The notes: generated from the letters alone by a model not told the origin. Shown: positions 34,075 through 42,927, counted from the stretch's first letter. The stretch: 54,811 nt of DNA from Chloroflexia bacterium (GCA_036389075.1 DASVQO010000546.1:1-54811), one strand, 5' to 3'. Program-made: numbers and translations.

Positions 34075-34347
34075 ATGCAGCTCAGGACCGAAAATAGCGT
34101 ACTCAAGATCGGCAACGTGGGCAACAGCGGCCAGCCCGCTATCAGCCTGGCTATATCCCCCAGGGCCAAGACCAGCCATCTTATGACGGGCCTTGTTTTA
34201 GGCGCACTGCTCGGGTTCGTGGCCGGCTCGGTCGCCACCTTACTCGTAGGAGAGAAGAGCCTGCTCCTGGTGCAACACCTGTGGAACCGCGTCACCGGCG
34301 TAAACGAGAGCGGGGAGAAGGTGCATTTCGAGCTGCTGTTGCAGTGA
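34075..34347 (+). CDS. Small hypothetical single-pass membrane protein
   Basis: AAGGAAG RBS lies before ATG 34075. The TM helix is LMTGLVLGALLGFVAGSVATLLVG. It follows rsfS closely. No family recognised. Confidence 0.45.
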   Translation: MQLRTENSVLKIGNVGNSGQPAISLAISPRAKTSHLMTGLVLGALLGFVAGSVATLLVGEKSLLLVQHLWNRVTGVNESGEKVHFELLLQ

Positions 34348-34350
34348 CGA

Positions 34351-34524
34351 GTCGTCAGTAGTCAGTAGTCAGTAGTCAGTAGTCAGTTGTCAGAAGAGCG
34401 TAAACTAGCGTAAACTGTGGTAAGCAATAAAGCGGCTCTGGGGGACAGTGTCCCTTGAGCCGCTTTATGCGTCACTAACCACTAACCACTAACCACTAAC
34501 CACTGACCACTGACCACTGACTAC
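34351..34524. repeat. Inverted heptamer arms ((AGTCAGT)x5 versus (CCACTAA)x4(CCACTGA)x3) around a bidirectional terminator
   Basis: Left array spans 34351-34393 and right array 34472-34524. The arms are complementary with about one mismatch per unit. A direct repeat agcgtaaact x2 lies at 34398-34417. Confidence 0.75.
34429..34466. terminator. Bidirectional terminator between convergent genes
   Basis: aaagcggctc (34429-34438) pairs with gagccgcttt (34457-34466). An inner gggac/gtccc stem is present, with A/T flanks on both sides. Confidence 0.7.
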
Positions 34525-34985
34525 TCGTCGTCCGAGAGGCCATCGTCCCCGTCCCCCGCTGCGAAGGCCTCCGGGTCGTAGTCTTCCATGACGCGTTCGG
34601 GGTCTTCGCCTGCCTCGATGCGGGTGAGGGCCTGGTCGAACTCGGGCCCAAGATCAACCTCTTCGCCCAGACTTTCCTTCATCTGCCGCGCCCAGCGCGC
34701 TACCTCGCGAGGGTCGTCCTGGTTGATACCCGACAAGAGGTCGTCATCCAGCGCGCCCATGCCGTTCTCGCCCAGGTCCGCCCCCATCTCGCCGTCGTAT
34801 GCGCCTCCCTTGCTGCCTGCGCGTACGGCACGAGCGCGGGACATCACCCGGGTTAGCTCGGGGCTGCCGCACCGGGGGCAGCGGTTCTCGCCCGCCTCCG
34901 CCCGGCTCTCGGCCACGCTGAAACTCGTGAAAAACAGGCTCACTTTGCGGCCACACCCGCCGCACCTGTACTCGTAAATCGGCAT
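34521..34985 (-). CDS. FmdB-family zinc-ribbon protein
   Basis: MPIYEYRCGGCG...CPRCGS (CxxC...CxxC) with an acidic C-terminal tail. Confidence 0.85.
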   Translation of the reverse strand: MPIYEYRCGGCGRKVSLFFTSFSVAESRAEAGENRCPRCGSPELTRVMSRARAVRAGSKGGAYDGEMGADLGENGMGALDDDLLSGINQDDPREVARWARQMKESLGEEVDLGPEFDQALTRIEAGEDPERVMEDYDPEAFAAGDGDDGLSDDE

Positions 34986-35118
34986 CGTTTGCTAATCCTT
35001 TGTGAGTTATTCTAACTCCGAATTGTAGTACAGAGCGCCGTCCGATGCAAGGTCACGGCAAGCGATGCGCGGCTGCCTCAAAGCAGTGCCTTGTACCAAC
35101 CACGGCCACCCTATACTG

Positions 35119-35416
35119 CCCTGTCATCCTGAGCGTAGCGAAGGATCAGCCACCCCAGTTTGATGGACCCATTTGAAGGACCAAGCCTCGTCCTTGTCAT
35201 TTCGAACGTAGTGAGAAATCTCGTCCTCTAGCACCCAACTCGCAGCTTTCCCGCGGTATAAAAACAACAGGCTCCAGGCATGATGCAAAAGGGCCACATC
35301 CCGGTGAAGGACGAGATTTCTCGCTGCGCTCGAAATGACAGGGGCGGGGCTTGGTTCTGAATAGGCAAGAGTCAAACACGGGAGGCTGAGCCTTCGCTAA
35401 GCTCAGGATGACAGGG
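35119..35416. mobile_element. Nested MITE-like elements: a subfamily 1 copy (35181-35355) inserted inside a subfamily 2 copy
   Basis: Outer TIRs are ccctgtcatcctgagcgtagcgaaggatcagcc (35119-35151) and ggctgagccttcgctaagctcaggatgacaggg (35384-35416). Inner TIRs are ccaagcctcgtccttgtcatttcgaacgtagtgagaaatctcgtcct (35181-35227) and aaggacgagatttctcgctgcgctcgaaatgacaggggcggggcttgg (35308-35355). The outer core motif gcaagagtcaaacacgg matches the intact copy at 20406-20559. Confidence 0.75.
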
Positions 35417-35479
35417 CGGTATAGGATCGCCGCCCGTTGCGCTTGGACCTTGCGCCGCCCCGGTCCTGTGCCGTGCCTA

Positions 35480-35488
35480 TGGTATAAT
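35480..35488 (+). promoter_or_regulatory. Extended -10 element only about 10 nt upstream of the ICMT-family ORF start
   Basis: tggtataat (TGnTATAAT), the same 9-mer as upstream of fabF. Confidence 0.35.
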
Positions 35489-35498
35489 ATCCACCACC

Positions 35499-36134
35499 TT
35501 GGACCTGCCCGCCACACTGGATAGGCTGCTCATATCACTGCGCGACGTGCCGTCCCGCGAGTGGGCCTGGACCTTCGCACTGTTGGTGCTGCTGTGGACG
35601 CTCTCGGAAGTGTTCGTTGGGAGGCTGGGGCTGCACGCGGTATCGCTTGAAAGCGACCGGGGTTCCGCATTGGCCGTGCTGGCGAGCGCCGCCGTATCGT
35701 GGGCCCTGGCTATGGGAGCAAGCGTAGTGCGTCAGCTGCCTATCGGTGCCGACTGGGTGCGCTGGGCCGGGTTGGGGGTCATGGCCGCCGGACTAGGGTT
35801 GAGGGTGTTCGCCATCCTGTGGCTCGGCCCGATGTTCACCCGCCTCGTGCAGATACTGCCCGGCCACCGCCTCGTGACCAGCGGCCCCTACCGCTTCGTG
35901 CGCCACCCCTCCTACAGCGGCCTGCTGCTATTTTTTATAGGCGTGGGTATCGCATCCGGCGACTGGGTGGCAGTGGCAATCATGGCAGTGGTGCCCACGC
36001 TGGGCGTGGTCTACCGCATCAGGGTGGAGGAAAGGGCGTTGTTAGAAGCGTTCGGAGAGGAGTACCGGGCGTACATGGACAGGGTGGGCAGTCTGCTCCC
36101 ACTGCCTAAAACGCGTACTGAAATGAAGCGCTAG
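35499..36134 (+). CDS. Isoprenylcysteine carboxyl methyltransferase (ICMT)-family membrane methyltransferase
   Basis: LVTSGPYRFVRHPSYSGLLLFFIGVGIASG...RVEERALLEAFGEEYRAYMDRV. The start codon is uncertain (TTG 35499). Confidence 0.85.
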   Translation: MDLPATLDRLLISLRDVPSREWAWTFALLVLLWTLSEVFVGRLGLHAVSLESDRGSALAVLASAAVSWALAMGASVVRQLPIGADWVRWAGLGVMAAGLGLRVFAILWLGPMFTRLVQILPGHRLVTSGPYRFVRHPSYSGLLLFFIGVGIASGDWVAVAIMAVVPTLGVVYRIRVEERALLEAFGEEYRAYMDRVGSLLPLPKTRTEMKR

Positions 36135-36240
36135 AATGGCAATCGGAGGCCAACACGATTAAATACCTGGGTATTTCTGCAAACTACCCAGTAATGAGCT
36201 ATGAGCAAAGGTCGAAAACGTGGATCATGGAAGATAAGCA

Positions 36241-36624
36241 GTGAGTAGCAGCATGTTGACGCTGGGTGAATTCACGGCCCTCCTGGCAAATCAGCCGGCC
36301 ATGACAGATTGCCTTCAGGAGTGCTATAACGCAATCACGCTGAGTCTTTCCGGTCCGGTGAGAGAGTATGGCTGCGCCCACGTACGTGCACATACAGCCC
36401 TTGGTATTTGGAGAATTCGGCACCGCACGACACGTCAGGGTAATATACCCACGCTGGGCTTTGACGACACGTTAGAGCATCTGGCTGTGCGTTCAGCGGA
36501 TGAGAAGTTGCTACATTGTGGCTTCGCAACTTCGGACAGGGTGTTTACTATCTTCGTTGCCGAACCTACTCGTGAAGTGATCGGCTGCATTCGGGTTATG
36601 CACCCTTCAGACCGTGGGGATTAG
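36241..36624 (+). CDS. Orphan hypothetical protein in a short lower-G+C segment
   Basis: 127-codon ORF with no recognisable motif. Its composition differs from both flanking genes. Confidence 0.3.
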   Translation: MSSSMLTLGEFTALLANQPAMTDCLQECYNAITLSLSGPVREYGCAHVRAHTALGIWRIRHRTTRQGNIPTLGFDDTLEHLAVRSADEKLLHCGFATSDRVFTIFVAEPTREVIGCIRVMHPSDRGD

Positions 36625-36736
36625 CGCAGGTACACCGTAGGCTCCGAAGAAGAGTATGCCCGTGCTCAGCCCGCGAATTCGTGGGCCGAGCCGCACCCGG
36701 CCTAAACACTTTCAACACAAAGAAGGGACCGTATCC

Positions 36737-39556
36737 TTGGCCGAAACCCCTCTCCGCCAGCAATACCTCAACATCAAGAAGCAGTACCCCGACACCATCC
36801 TCTTCTTCCGCCTGGGCGACTTCTACGAGACGTTCGACGGCGACGCCGCCATTGTCTCGCAGGTGTGCGACGTGGTGCTCACCGCCCGCCCCACCTCCAA
36901 GGCCCAGCGCATACCGATGGCGGGCGTGCCCTACCACTCCGCAGAGGGCTACATCGCCAAGCTGGTGCAGGCGGGCTACAAAGTGGCCGTGGCCGAGCAG
37001 CTCACCGCCCCCACCGTGGACCAGGCCACCGCCGATCGCCGCATCCGCCTCGGCAAGAAAGAGTCGGCCATCACCGCCAACTGGGCCGAGTCGGGCGTGC
37101 CCACCCACCAGGTAGGTAAGGGCCGCGAGCTTGTAGAGCGCGACGTGGTGCGCGTCATCACCCCCGGCACCGTGACCGAGCCCGGCATGCTCGACGCCCG
37201 CCGCAACAACTACATCGCCGCCGTCGTCTCGGACGGACAGGCCGCCGGTATCGCCTACGCCGACATCACCACGGGCGAGTTCGCCACCACCGAAATCCGC
37301 AAGCCCTCGGGGGAGCTATCTATCGCCGTGCAGCAGGAGATAGACCGCCTCCAACCCGCCGAGTTGCTCGTGCCCGGCGACGATATGGAGGGACCGCCCG
37401 GCAGCATGGCTGCGTACCGGCTGTGGGCCAAAGCGGGCGATGAAGGCGGCGCAAAGAAGGACGGCCACAACGGCGCGAACGGCCATAATCGCAACCACGG
37501 CCCCACCCTGCCCCACCAGACCGAGACCGACCCCCACAACTGGGCCACCGACCCCGCCCGGCAGCGGCTGCTCAAGCACTTCTCCGCCTCGTCCCTCGAG
37601 CCGTTCGGGTGCGCCAGGCTGCCGCTCGCGATTAGGGCCGCCGGGGCGTTACTGGCTTACATAGGCGACACCAACCGCTCGGCCCTGCACCAGCTTACCC
37701 GCCTAGTCACGTATTCCACCGAGCAGTACATGAACCTCGACCCGCAGACCCGGCGCAACCTGGAGATAGCCGACAGCCCCGGCGGGCGCAGGCACTCCCT
37801 CCTCGCCGTGCTGGACGAGACCCGTACGCCGATGGGTTCGCGCCTGCTCGCCCGGTGGCTCAACCAGCCCCTGCTCGACATCGCGAGGCTGAGGGCGCGC
37901 CAGGACGCGGTAGAGGCTTTCTTCGACAACGGCACCCTGCGCATGGAAGCCCGCTCCCTGCTCAACAACCTGCCCGACCTGGAGCGCCTGTGCACCCGCG
38001 CCGTGCAGGGCACCGCAGGCCCCCGCGACATGGTCGCCATCAAGACGGCCCTCGACCGCCTGCCCGACATCCACGCCACGCTGGCGCAGGTCACAGGCCC
38101 CTACGCAAAGGTGCTGACCCACCTCTCCAACCGCATACAGCCCTGCGAGGACCTGTCGGAGCTGATTGGCCGGGCCATAGCCGACGACCCGCCCGCCGTC
38201 GTGGGCAACGGCGACGCGATACGGCCGGGCTTCAACCCGGAGCTTGATAGGATACGGGCCATGTCGCGCGACGCCAAAGGCTGGATAGCGGGTCTGGAAG
38301 CGCAGGAGCGGGAGCGCACCGGCATCAAGAGCCTCAAGGTGGGCTACAATAAGGTGTTCGGCTACTACATCGAGATATCGAACGCCAACTCCGTAGCCGT
38401 GCCGCCGGAGTACATACGCAAGCAAACGCTGGTGGGCGCGGAACGGTACATGACGCCGGAGCTGAAGGACTACGAGAGCCAGATACTCAACGCCCAGGAG
38501 CGTCTCAGCGAGCTTGAGAGGGCCGCGTTCAGTGAGGTGCTGGGCAACGTAGCCGCCTCGGCCCCCAGGCTGCTACAGGTGGCCGAGGCGCTGGCCCTGC
38601 TCGACGTGTTCAGCGACCTCGCGGAAGTCGCCGTGCGCTACTCCTACACCCGCCCCCACCTGGACGACGGCACCGGCCTGCACATTCGCGAGGGCCGCCA
38701 CCCGGTGGTCGAACGCACCCTGCGCGACGACCTCTTCGTGCCCAACGATACGCACCTGGACAGCAAGGAAGCCCAGATAGTGCTGCTCACCGGGCCGAAT
38801 ATGGCGGGCAAGAGCGTGTACATCAAGCAGGTGGCGATCATCGTGCTCATGTCGCAGACCGGCTCGTTCGTGCCCGCCGAGGAGGTGCGACTTGGGCTGG
38901 TGGACCGTATATTCACCCGCGTGGGCGCCCAGGACGACATAGCCACCGGCCGCTCGACCTTCATGGTGGAGATGGAGGAGACGGCCTACATCCTCAACCA
39001 CGCCACCGACCGCTCGCTCGTCATCCTGGACGAGATAGGGCGCGGCACCTCCACCTACGACGGCCTGGCAATCGCCCGCGCCGTGGTGGAGTACATACAC
39101 AACTCACCGCGTCTGGGGGCCAAGACGCTCTTCGCCACCCATTACCACGAGCTGACCGAGCTTGAGAAGATCCTGCCCAGGGTGCGCAACTACAACGTGG
39201 CGGTGAGCGAGGACAGCGACAAAGGGGTGGTCTTCCTGCACAAGATCGTGGAGGGCGGGGCCGATCGCTCCTACGGCATCCACGTCGCCCGCCTGGCGGG
39301 GCTGCCCCGCGCCATCCTGCGCCGCGCCGAGGACGTGCTGCAAGACCTCGAAGCGGGCGGCACCAGGGAGTCGCGCCGCAAGACGATGCAGAAGACCCCC
39401 GAAGCCCTGCAAATCCAGATGGCCTTCGACTCCGCCCCGGGCTCCGCACCCGACCCCCTCCGCGAGCAGCTACGCGAGCTACGCCCCGACGAGATGTCGC
39501 CCATCGAGGCGCTGGGGATGCTGTACGAGTTGCACAAGAGGGCTAAGGAAGGCTAG
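36737..39556 (+). CDS. mutS: DNA mismatch repair protein MutS
   Basis: N-terminal TPLRQQYLNIKKQYPDTILFFRLGDFYETF. Walker A is LLTGPNMAGKSVYIKQVA. Also STFMVEMEETAYILN, LVILDEIGRGTSTYDGLAIA and FATHYHELT. The start is proposed at TTG 36737 inside ORF 36656..39556. Confidence 0.93.
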   Translation: MAETPLRQQYLNIKKQYPDTILFFRLGDFYETFDGDAAIVSQVCDVVLTARPTSKAQRIPMAGVPYHSAEGYIAKLVQAGYKVAVAEQLTAPTVDQATADRRIRLGKKESAITANWAESGVPTHQVGKGRELVERDVVRVITPGTVTEPGMLDARRNNYIAAVVSDGQAAGIAYADITTGEFATTEIRKPSGELSIAVQQEIDRLQPAELLVPGDDMEGPPGSMAAYRLWAKAGDEGGAKKDGHNGANGHNRNHGPTLPHQTETDPHNWATDPARQRLLKHFSASSLEPFGCARLPLAIRAAGALLAYIGDTNRSALHQLTRLVTYSTEQYMNLDPQTRRNLEIADSPGGRRHSLLAVLDETRTPMGSRLLARWLNQPLLDIARLRARQDAVEAFFDNGTLRMEARSLLNNLPDLERLCTRAVQGTAGPRDMVAIKTALDRLPDIHATLAQVTGPYAKVLTHLSNRIQPCEDLSELIGRAIADDPPAVVGNGDAIRPGFNPELDRIRAMSRDAKGWIAGLEAQERERTGIKSLKVGYNKVFGYYIEISNANSVAVPPEYIRKQTLVGAERYMTPELKDYESQILNAQERLSELERAAFSEVLGNVAASAPRLLQVAEALALLDVFSDLAEVAVRYSYTRPHLDDGTGLHIREGRHPVVERTLRDDLFVPNDTHLDSKEAQIVLLTGPNMAGKSVYIKQVAIIVLMSQTGSFVPAEEVRLGLVDRIFTRVGAQDDIATGRSTFMVEMEETAYILNHATDRSLVILDEIGRGTSTYDGLAIARAVVEYIHNSPRLGAKTLFATHYHELTELEKILPRVRNYNVAVSEDSDKGVVFLHKIVEGGADRSYGIHVARLAGLPRAILRRAEDVLQDLEAGGTRESRRKTMQKTPEALQIQMAFDSAPGSAPDPLREQLRELRPDEMSPIEALGMLYELHKRAKEG

Positions 39557-39565
39557 GAGCATGTA

Positions 39566-40087
39566 GTGACCAACTCCACACCAGGCTCGGCTGGCAAGGC
39601 CGCTTCAACAGGCGGGGTCCAACTGCGGGAGATAACAGAGGCGGACCTCCCCATCCTCTTCGAGCACCAGCGCGACCCCCACGCGAACCACATGGCCGCC
39701 TTTACTGCCAGAGAGCCCTCCGACAGAGACGTCTTTATGGCTCACTGGGCCAAAATCCTTGCGGACGACACCATAATCAAGAGGACGATCATCTACGAAG
39801 GGCAGGTAGCAGGCAACATCGTGTGCTTTGGCTGGCAGGGCAAACGAGAGGTCGGCTACTGGCTCGGGAGGGAACACTGGGGCAAGGGAATTGCCACGGC
39901 GGCGCTGGGGGAGTTCCTGGGCGTGGTGACTGAGCGACCCCTTTATGCTGCCGCCGCCAAAGACAACGCCGCGTCCATCCGCGTGTTGGAGAAATGCGGT
40001 TTTGTGATTACCGGCCACGACAGGGGCTTCTCCAACGCACGTGGCGAGGAGATAGAGGAAGTGATGCTGGAACTGAATAACTATTGA
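39566..40087 (+). CDS. GNAT-family N-acetyltransferase (RimJ/RimL-like)
   Basis: GYWLGREHWGKGIATAALGEFL and NAASIRVLEKCGF are typical GNAT motifs A and B. Confidence 0.8.
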   Translation: MTNSTPGSAGKAASTGGVQLREITEADLPILFEHQRDPHANHMAAFTAREPSDRDVFMAHWAKILADDTIIKRTIIYEGQVAGNIVCFGWQGKREVGYWLGREHWGKGIATAALGEFLGVVTERPLYAAAAKDNAASIRVLEKCGFVITGHDRGFSNARGEEIEEVMLELNNY

Positions 40088-41427
40088 CTGCCTTGCTGCG
40101 CCTCGGCAAGTAGCTGCTGCACCATCAGCTCCTTCTTGTCGTAGTTGCCCTCGCCTATGTAGGTGGCACGCAGGTGCCCCTTCGCATCGATGAAGTAGAG
40201 GGCGGGCCAGTAGCCGTTCTGGTAGGCCCGCCAGGTCTTGAAGTCGGGGTCTAACGCGATGGGCCAGTTTACGTGCTGCTCGGCGGCGGCCTTCTCGATG
40301 TTCTCCGGTACCCGCTCGTATGCGAACTCCGGCGTGTGCACCCCGATGATCTCTAATCCCTCGGCGTGGTACTTGTCGTACAGGTCGCGCAAGTAGGGCC
40401 GGACGTTGCGGCAATTGTAGCAGCCGAACGTCCAAAAATCTATCAGCACCACCTTACCCCGCAACCCCTCCAGCGATAGCGGCTCGTTGCCCGGCGTGTT
40501 GAACCAGCCCGTAATGCCGGCCAGCTCGGGAGCAGCGCCCTGGTCGGGCATGGCGAGGACAGGCTGCGGCGTGGAGGTGGGCACCGGCTGAGGCGTCCGG
40601 GTAGGCACCGGGCTTGTAGGTGCGCCGGTGGGTACCACAGCCATCGCTGGCATTCCTTCCCGGGACGAGAAATTGGCGTCGAGGCCCCGCAGTTCGCTAT
40701 CCACCTTTGCTCCCTTTTCAACTCCCTGCAAGAGGGCGCTGTATTCCGGCGGCAGGCCCTGCCGGGTGAGGTCCTGCAAGCGTGCGTCGATACCGAAGAA
40801 GATCGCCAGTGCCGCCAACACGGTGAGACCGCCCAGCACTACGCGCGGTCCAGCCGAATGAGGGGCCATACGCCTCATCTTCCTCACTACGTTGCGCGTC
40901 CCGTACGCCACGACCAGCATGGGCAGCGTGGCCCCAAGCGCGTAAGCGAAGGTGAGGGCACCTGCCTGCCAGGATAGCCCGAACGTAGCCGTCAGCCCGA
41001 TGACCGAGCCCACGATAGGCCCGACGCAAGGCGCCCAGAGCAGCCCTAACCCGGAGCCTATGACCAGCCCCCCACCGAACCCCGAAGGCTGAACGCCACT
41101 CCCGCGCGGCATGCGAGCGAGCGGAGATAACAGCCGCTCGAATGCGTGCCCGAGACGCGGTAGCATAAGCGATAGCCCGTACAGCCCCAGGAGCATTATC
41201 GACAGCGTGCGCAGCCAAATCACCGGCACCGCCAGCGCACCCGCGGCGGCAACCACCAGCAAAGTAGCCGCCGTGAAGCTGCCCGCCAGCCCCAGCGCGA
41301 TACCTAAGGGCCGCCACCTTCCACCTCCCGCCGACGTAGAAAGCAGCATCGGCAGCACAGGCAGCACGCAGGGCGAGGCCACGGTGAGCACCCCTGCCAG
41401 GAACGAGACAACCACGAGTAGTAGCAT
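40081..41427 (-). CDS. CcdA/DsbD-type thiol-disulfide transporter fused to a TlpA/ResA-like thioredoxin domain (DipZ-like)
   Basis: N-terminal FLAGVLTVASPCVLPVLP and LWAPCVGP are CcdA motifs. A P/T linker follows. The C-terminal VVLIDFWTFGCYNCRNVRPYL is a CxxC thioredoxin fold. Confidence 0.85.
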   Translation of the reverse strand: MLLLVVVSFLAGVLTVASPCVLPVLPMLLSTSAGGGRWRPLGIALGLAGSFTAATLLVVAAAGALAVPVIWLRTLSIMLLGLYGLSLMLPRLGHAFERLLSPLARMPRGSGVQPSGFGGGLVIGSGLGLLWAPCVGPIVGSVIGLTATFGLSWQAGALTFAYALGATLPMLVVAYGTRNVVRKMRRMAPHSAGPRVVLGGLTVLAALAIFFGIDARLQDLTRQGLPPEYSALLQGVEKGAKVDSELRGLDANFSSREGMPAMAVVPTGAPTSPVPTRTPQPVPTSTPQPVLAMPDQGAAPELAGITGWFNTPGNEPLSLEGLRGKVVLIDFWTFGCYNCRNVRPYLRDLYDKYHAEGLEIIGVHTPEFAYERVPENIEKAAAEQHVNWPIALDPDFKTWRAYQNGYWPALYFIDAKGHLRATYIGEGNYDKKELMVQQLLAEAQQGSQ

Positions 41428-41483
41428 GCTTAAAGTCTACCAACTCGATGTGAAGAAAAAAGGACGGAAAGCTTACAAGAATC

Positions 41484-42164
41484 TTACGAATCGCGCTTCC
41501 TGATCTCCACCCGCTTTATCGGTATGCCGTGCTGCTCCCAGTAAAGCTGGTAGCGCGACTTGACGCCCGGCTCGAAGCCAACGTAACGCTCGGCGTGCGT
41601 CTTCTCGAAGCGGCGGTCCGCCTCCACAAGCCCCAGCAGCCCCTCGAAAAGCTCGGCGTTGTCGGTAACGAAGCTGAGCGTGCCGCCCGGTACGAGCGCC
41701 CGGTGAAGTTGGTCCATGAGCGTCCGGTTGAGCAACTGGCGCTTGCGGTACTTGGGATGCAGGCTGGGGTCGGGGAAGTGCACGTACACCGCTTCCAGCG
41801 ACTCGGGCAGCATGAGCGGGTAGAGCCACTGCATGGGGGCCTTGATGAAGCGCACGTTCTCCAGCGACTGCGCGGCGGCGTGGCCCGTCGCCACGATGAG
41901 CGACTTCAGGTTGATGTCCACGCCCACGAACAACCTGTCAGGGTGCTGGCGCGCCAGGCTGCACAGGTACTCCCCCGTGCTGCACCCAATCTCCAGCGAC
42001 AGCAGGCCGGGTCGCCCAAAGAGGTCACGCGCCCCCAGCCTGGGGAACTCGTCGGGCCTCGCGTAGAGGTCGCCGGTACGCCACTGAAGCAGGTACTTCT
42101 CCAGGTTGCCCGCGTCCGGCGGGTGCGCGCGTATGTGGCGAATGAGAAATGAACGTCGAGGCAT
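41484..42164 (-). CDS. trmB: tRNA (guanine-N7)-methyltransferase
   Basis: LEIGCSTGEYL, VGVDI and VHFPDPSLHPKYRKRQLL are TrmB hallmarks. Confidence 0.9.
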   Translation of the reverse strand: MPRRSFLIRHIRAHPPDAGNLEKYLLQWRTGDLYARPDEFPRLGARDLFGRPGLLSLEIGCSTGEYLCSLARQHPDRLFVGVDINLKSLIVATGHAAAQSLENVRFIKAPMQWLYPLMLPESLEAVYVHFPDPSLHPKYRKRQLLNRTLMDQLHRALVPGGTLSFVTDNAELFEGLLGLVEADRRFEKTHAERYVGFEPGVKSRYQLYWEQHGIPIKRVEIRKRDS

Positions 42165-42243
42165 GAATCTATTTTACAGGACGGTGCATAGAAGAGACGG
42201 GGCCGCCGGGCTGGCCCCGTCTCTTGAGTTGCGACCGCCACTC

Positions 42244-42927
42244 CTAAGCCCTGGGTGCGGCTCCCATCAGGTCGTTGTATTTCTTCAGTATGTCGTCCAG
42301 CGCTTCACGCAGTATGCCTGCCTCGTTACGTTTAAGCGCTTTGGCAAGTTGAGCGAGACGCTCAAGCTGTGTGGAGGTGTAGTGACTCGTCTTGGTGACC
42401 ATTCGGCTGTCGCCTAGAGGCAGGGACACCTTGTTGCGCCCGGTAGACTTGGCGATGTAGAGCGCCTGGTCGGCATCGCGCACCAGTTCAGCATCGCCAC
42501 CACCGCGCTGGTACGCGGCGAGACCTACAGAGCAGGTCAGCCGCAAGTCGGACCAATCCGGCCAGGACAAGCCCACAACGCGGCGGCGAAATTCTTCTAC
42601 CAACATGAAGGCATCATCCAATCGGGTGTCGGGCAGAGCACCTGCAAACTCATCTCCGCTATAGCGGGCAAGTATTGCCCGTTCCGGCATGCTCTCTTGC
42701 AGTGCTTGTGCCACACTTACAAGCACCTGGTCACCCGCCGCACGACCGTAGTCCACGTTTATGGCGTGGAATTCATCAATATCAACCAGAAACAAGCTGA
42801 CTGGTTCTTCACTCTTTTCTGCTGCGGGCAGCACCTCCTCCCGGAGCAGGTTCCGAAAATAGGCTGAAGACAAAAGACCTGAAAGCTGGTCAAGTGTCGG
42901 CAACTCAAACGTAGCTGGGTACTTCAT
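42244..42927 (-). CDS. GGDEF-domain (SGDEF variant) diguanylate cyclase-like protein fused to a C-terminal ribbon-helix-helix domain
   Basis: FLVDIDEFHAINVDYGRAAGDQVL and RYSGDEFAGAL. The C-terminus MVTKTSHYTSTQLERLAQLAKALKRNEAGILREALDDILKKY fits a beta-alpha-alpha RHH (CopG/Arc-like). The start was set at ATG 42927 (GGAG RBS) rather than at the AT-rich upstream extension to 43119. Confidence 0.8.
   Translation of the reverse strand: MKYPATFELPTLDQLSGLLSSAYFRNLLREEVLPAAEKSEEPVSLFLVDIDEFHAINVDYGRAAGDQVLVSVAQALQESMPERAILARYSGDEFAGALPDTRLDDAFMLVEEFRRRVVGLSWPDWSDLRLTCSVGLAAYQRGGGDAELVRDADQALYIAKSTGRNKVSLPLGDSRMVTKTSHYTSTQLERLAQLAKALKRNEAGILREALDDILKKYNDLMGAAPRA

Noticed and set aside
37000-37580. 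Two insertions in MutS relative to typical sequences (ATADRRIRLGKKESAITANWAESGVPTHQVGKGREL and GGAKKDGHNGANGHNRNHGPTLPHQTETDPHNW), considered as possible inteins or domain acquisitions.
   Set aside because: They are short, low-complexity and have no intein splice motifs. They are most likely lineage-specific surface loops and cannot be evaluated further without alignments.
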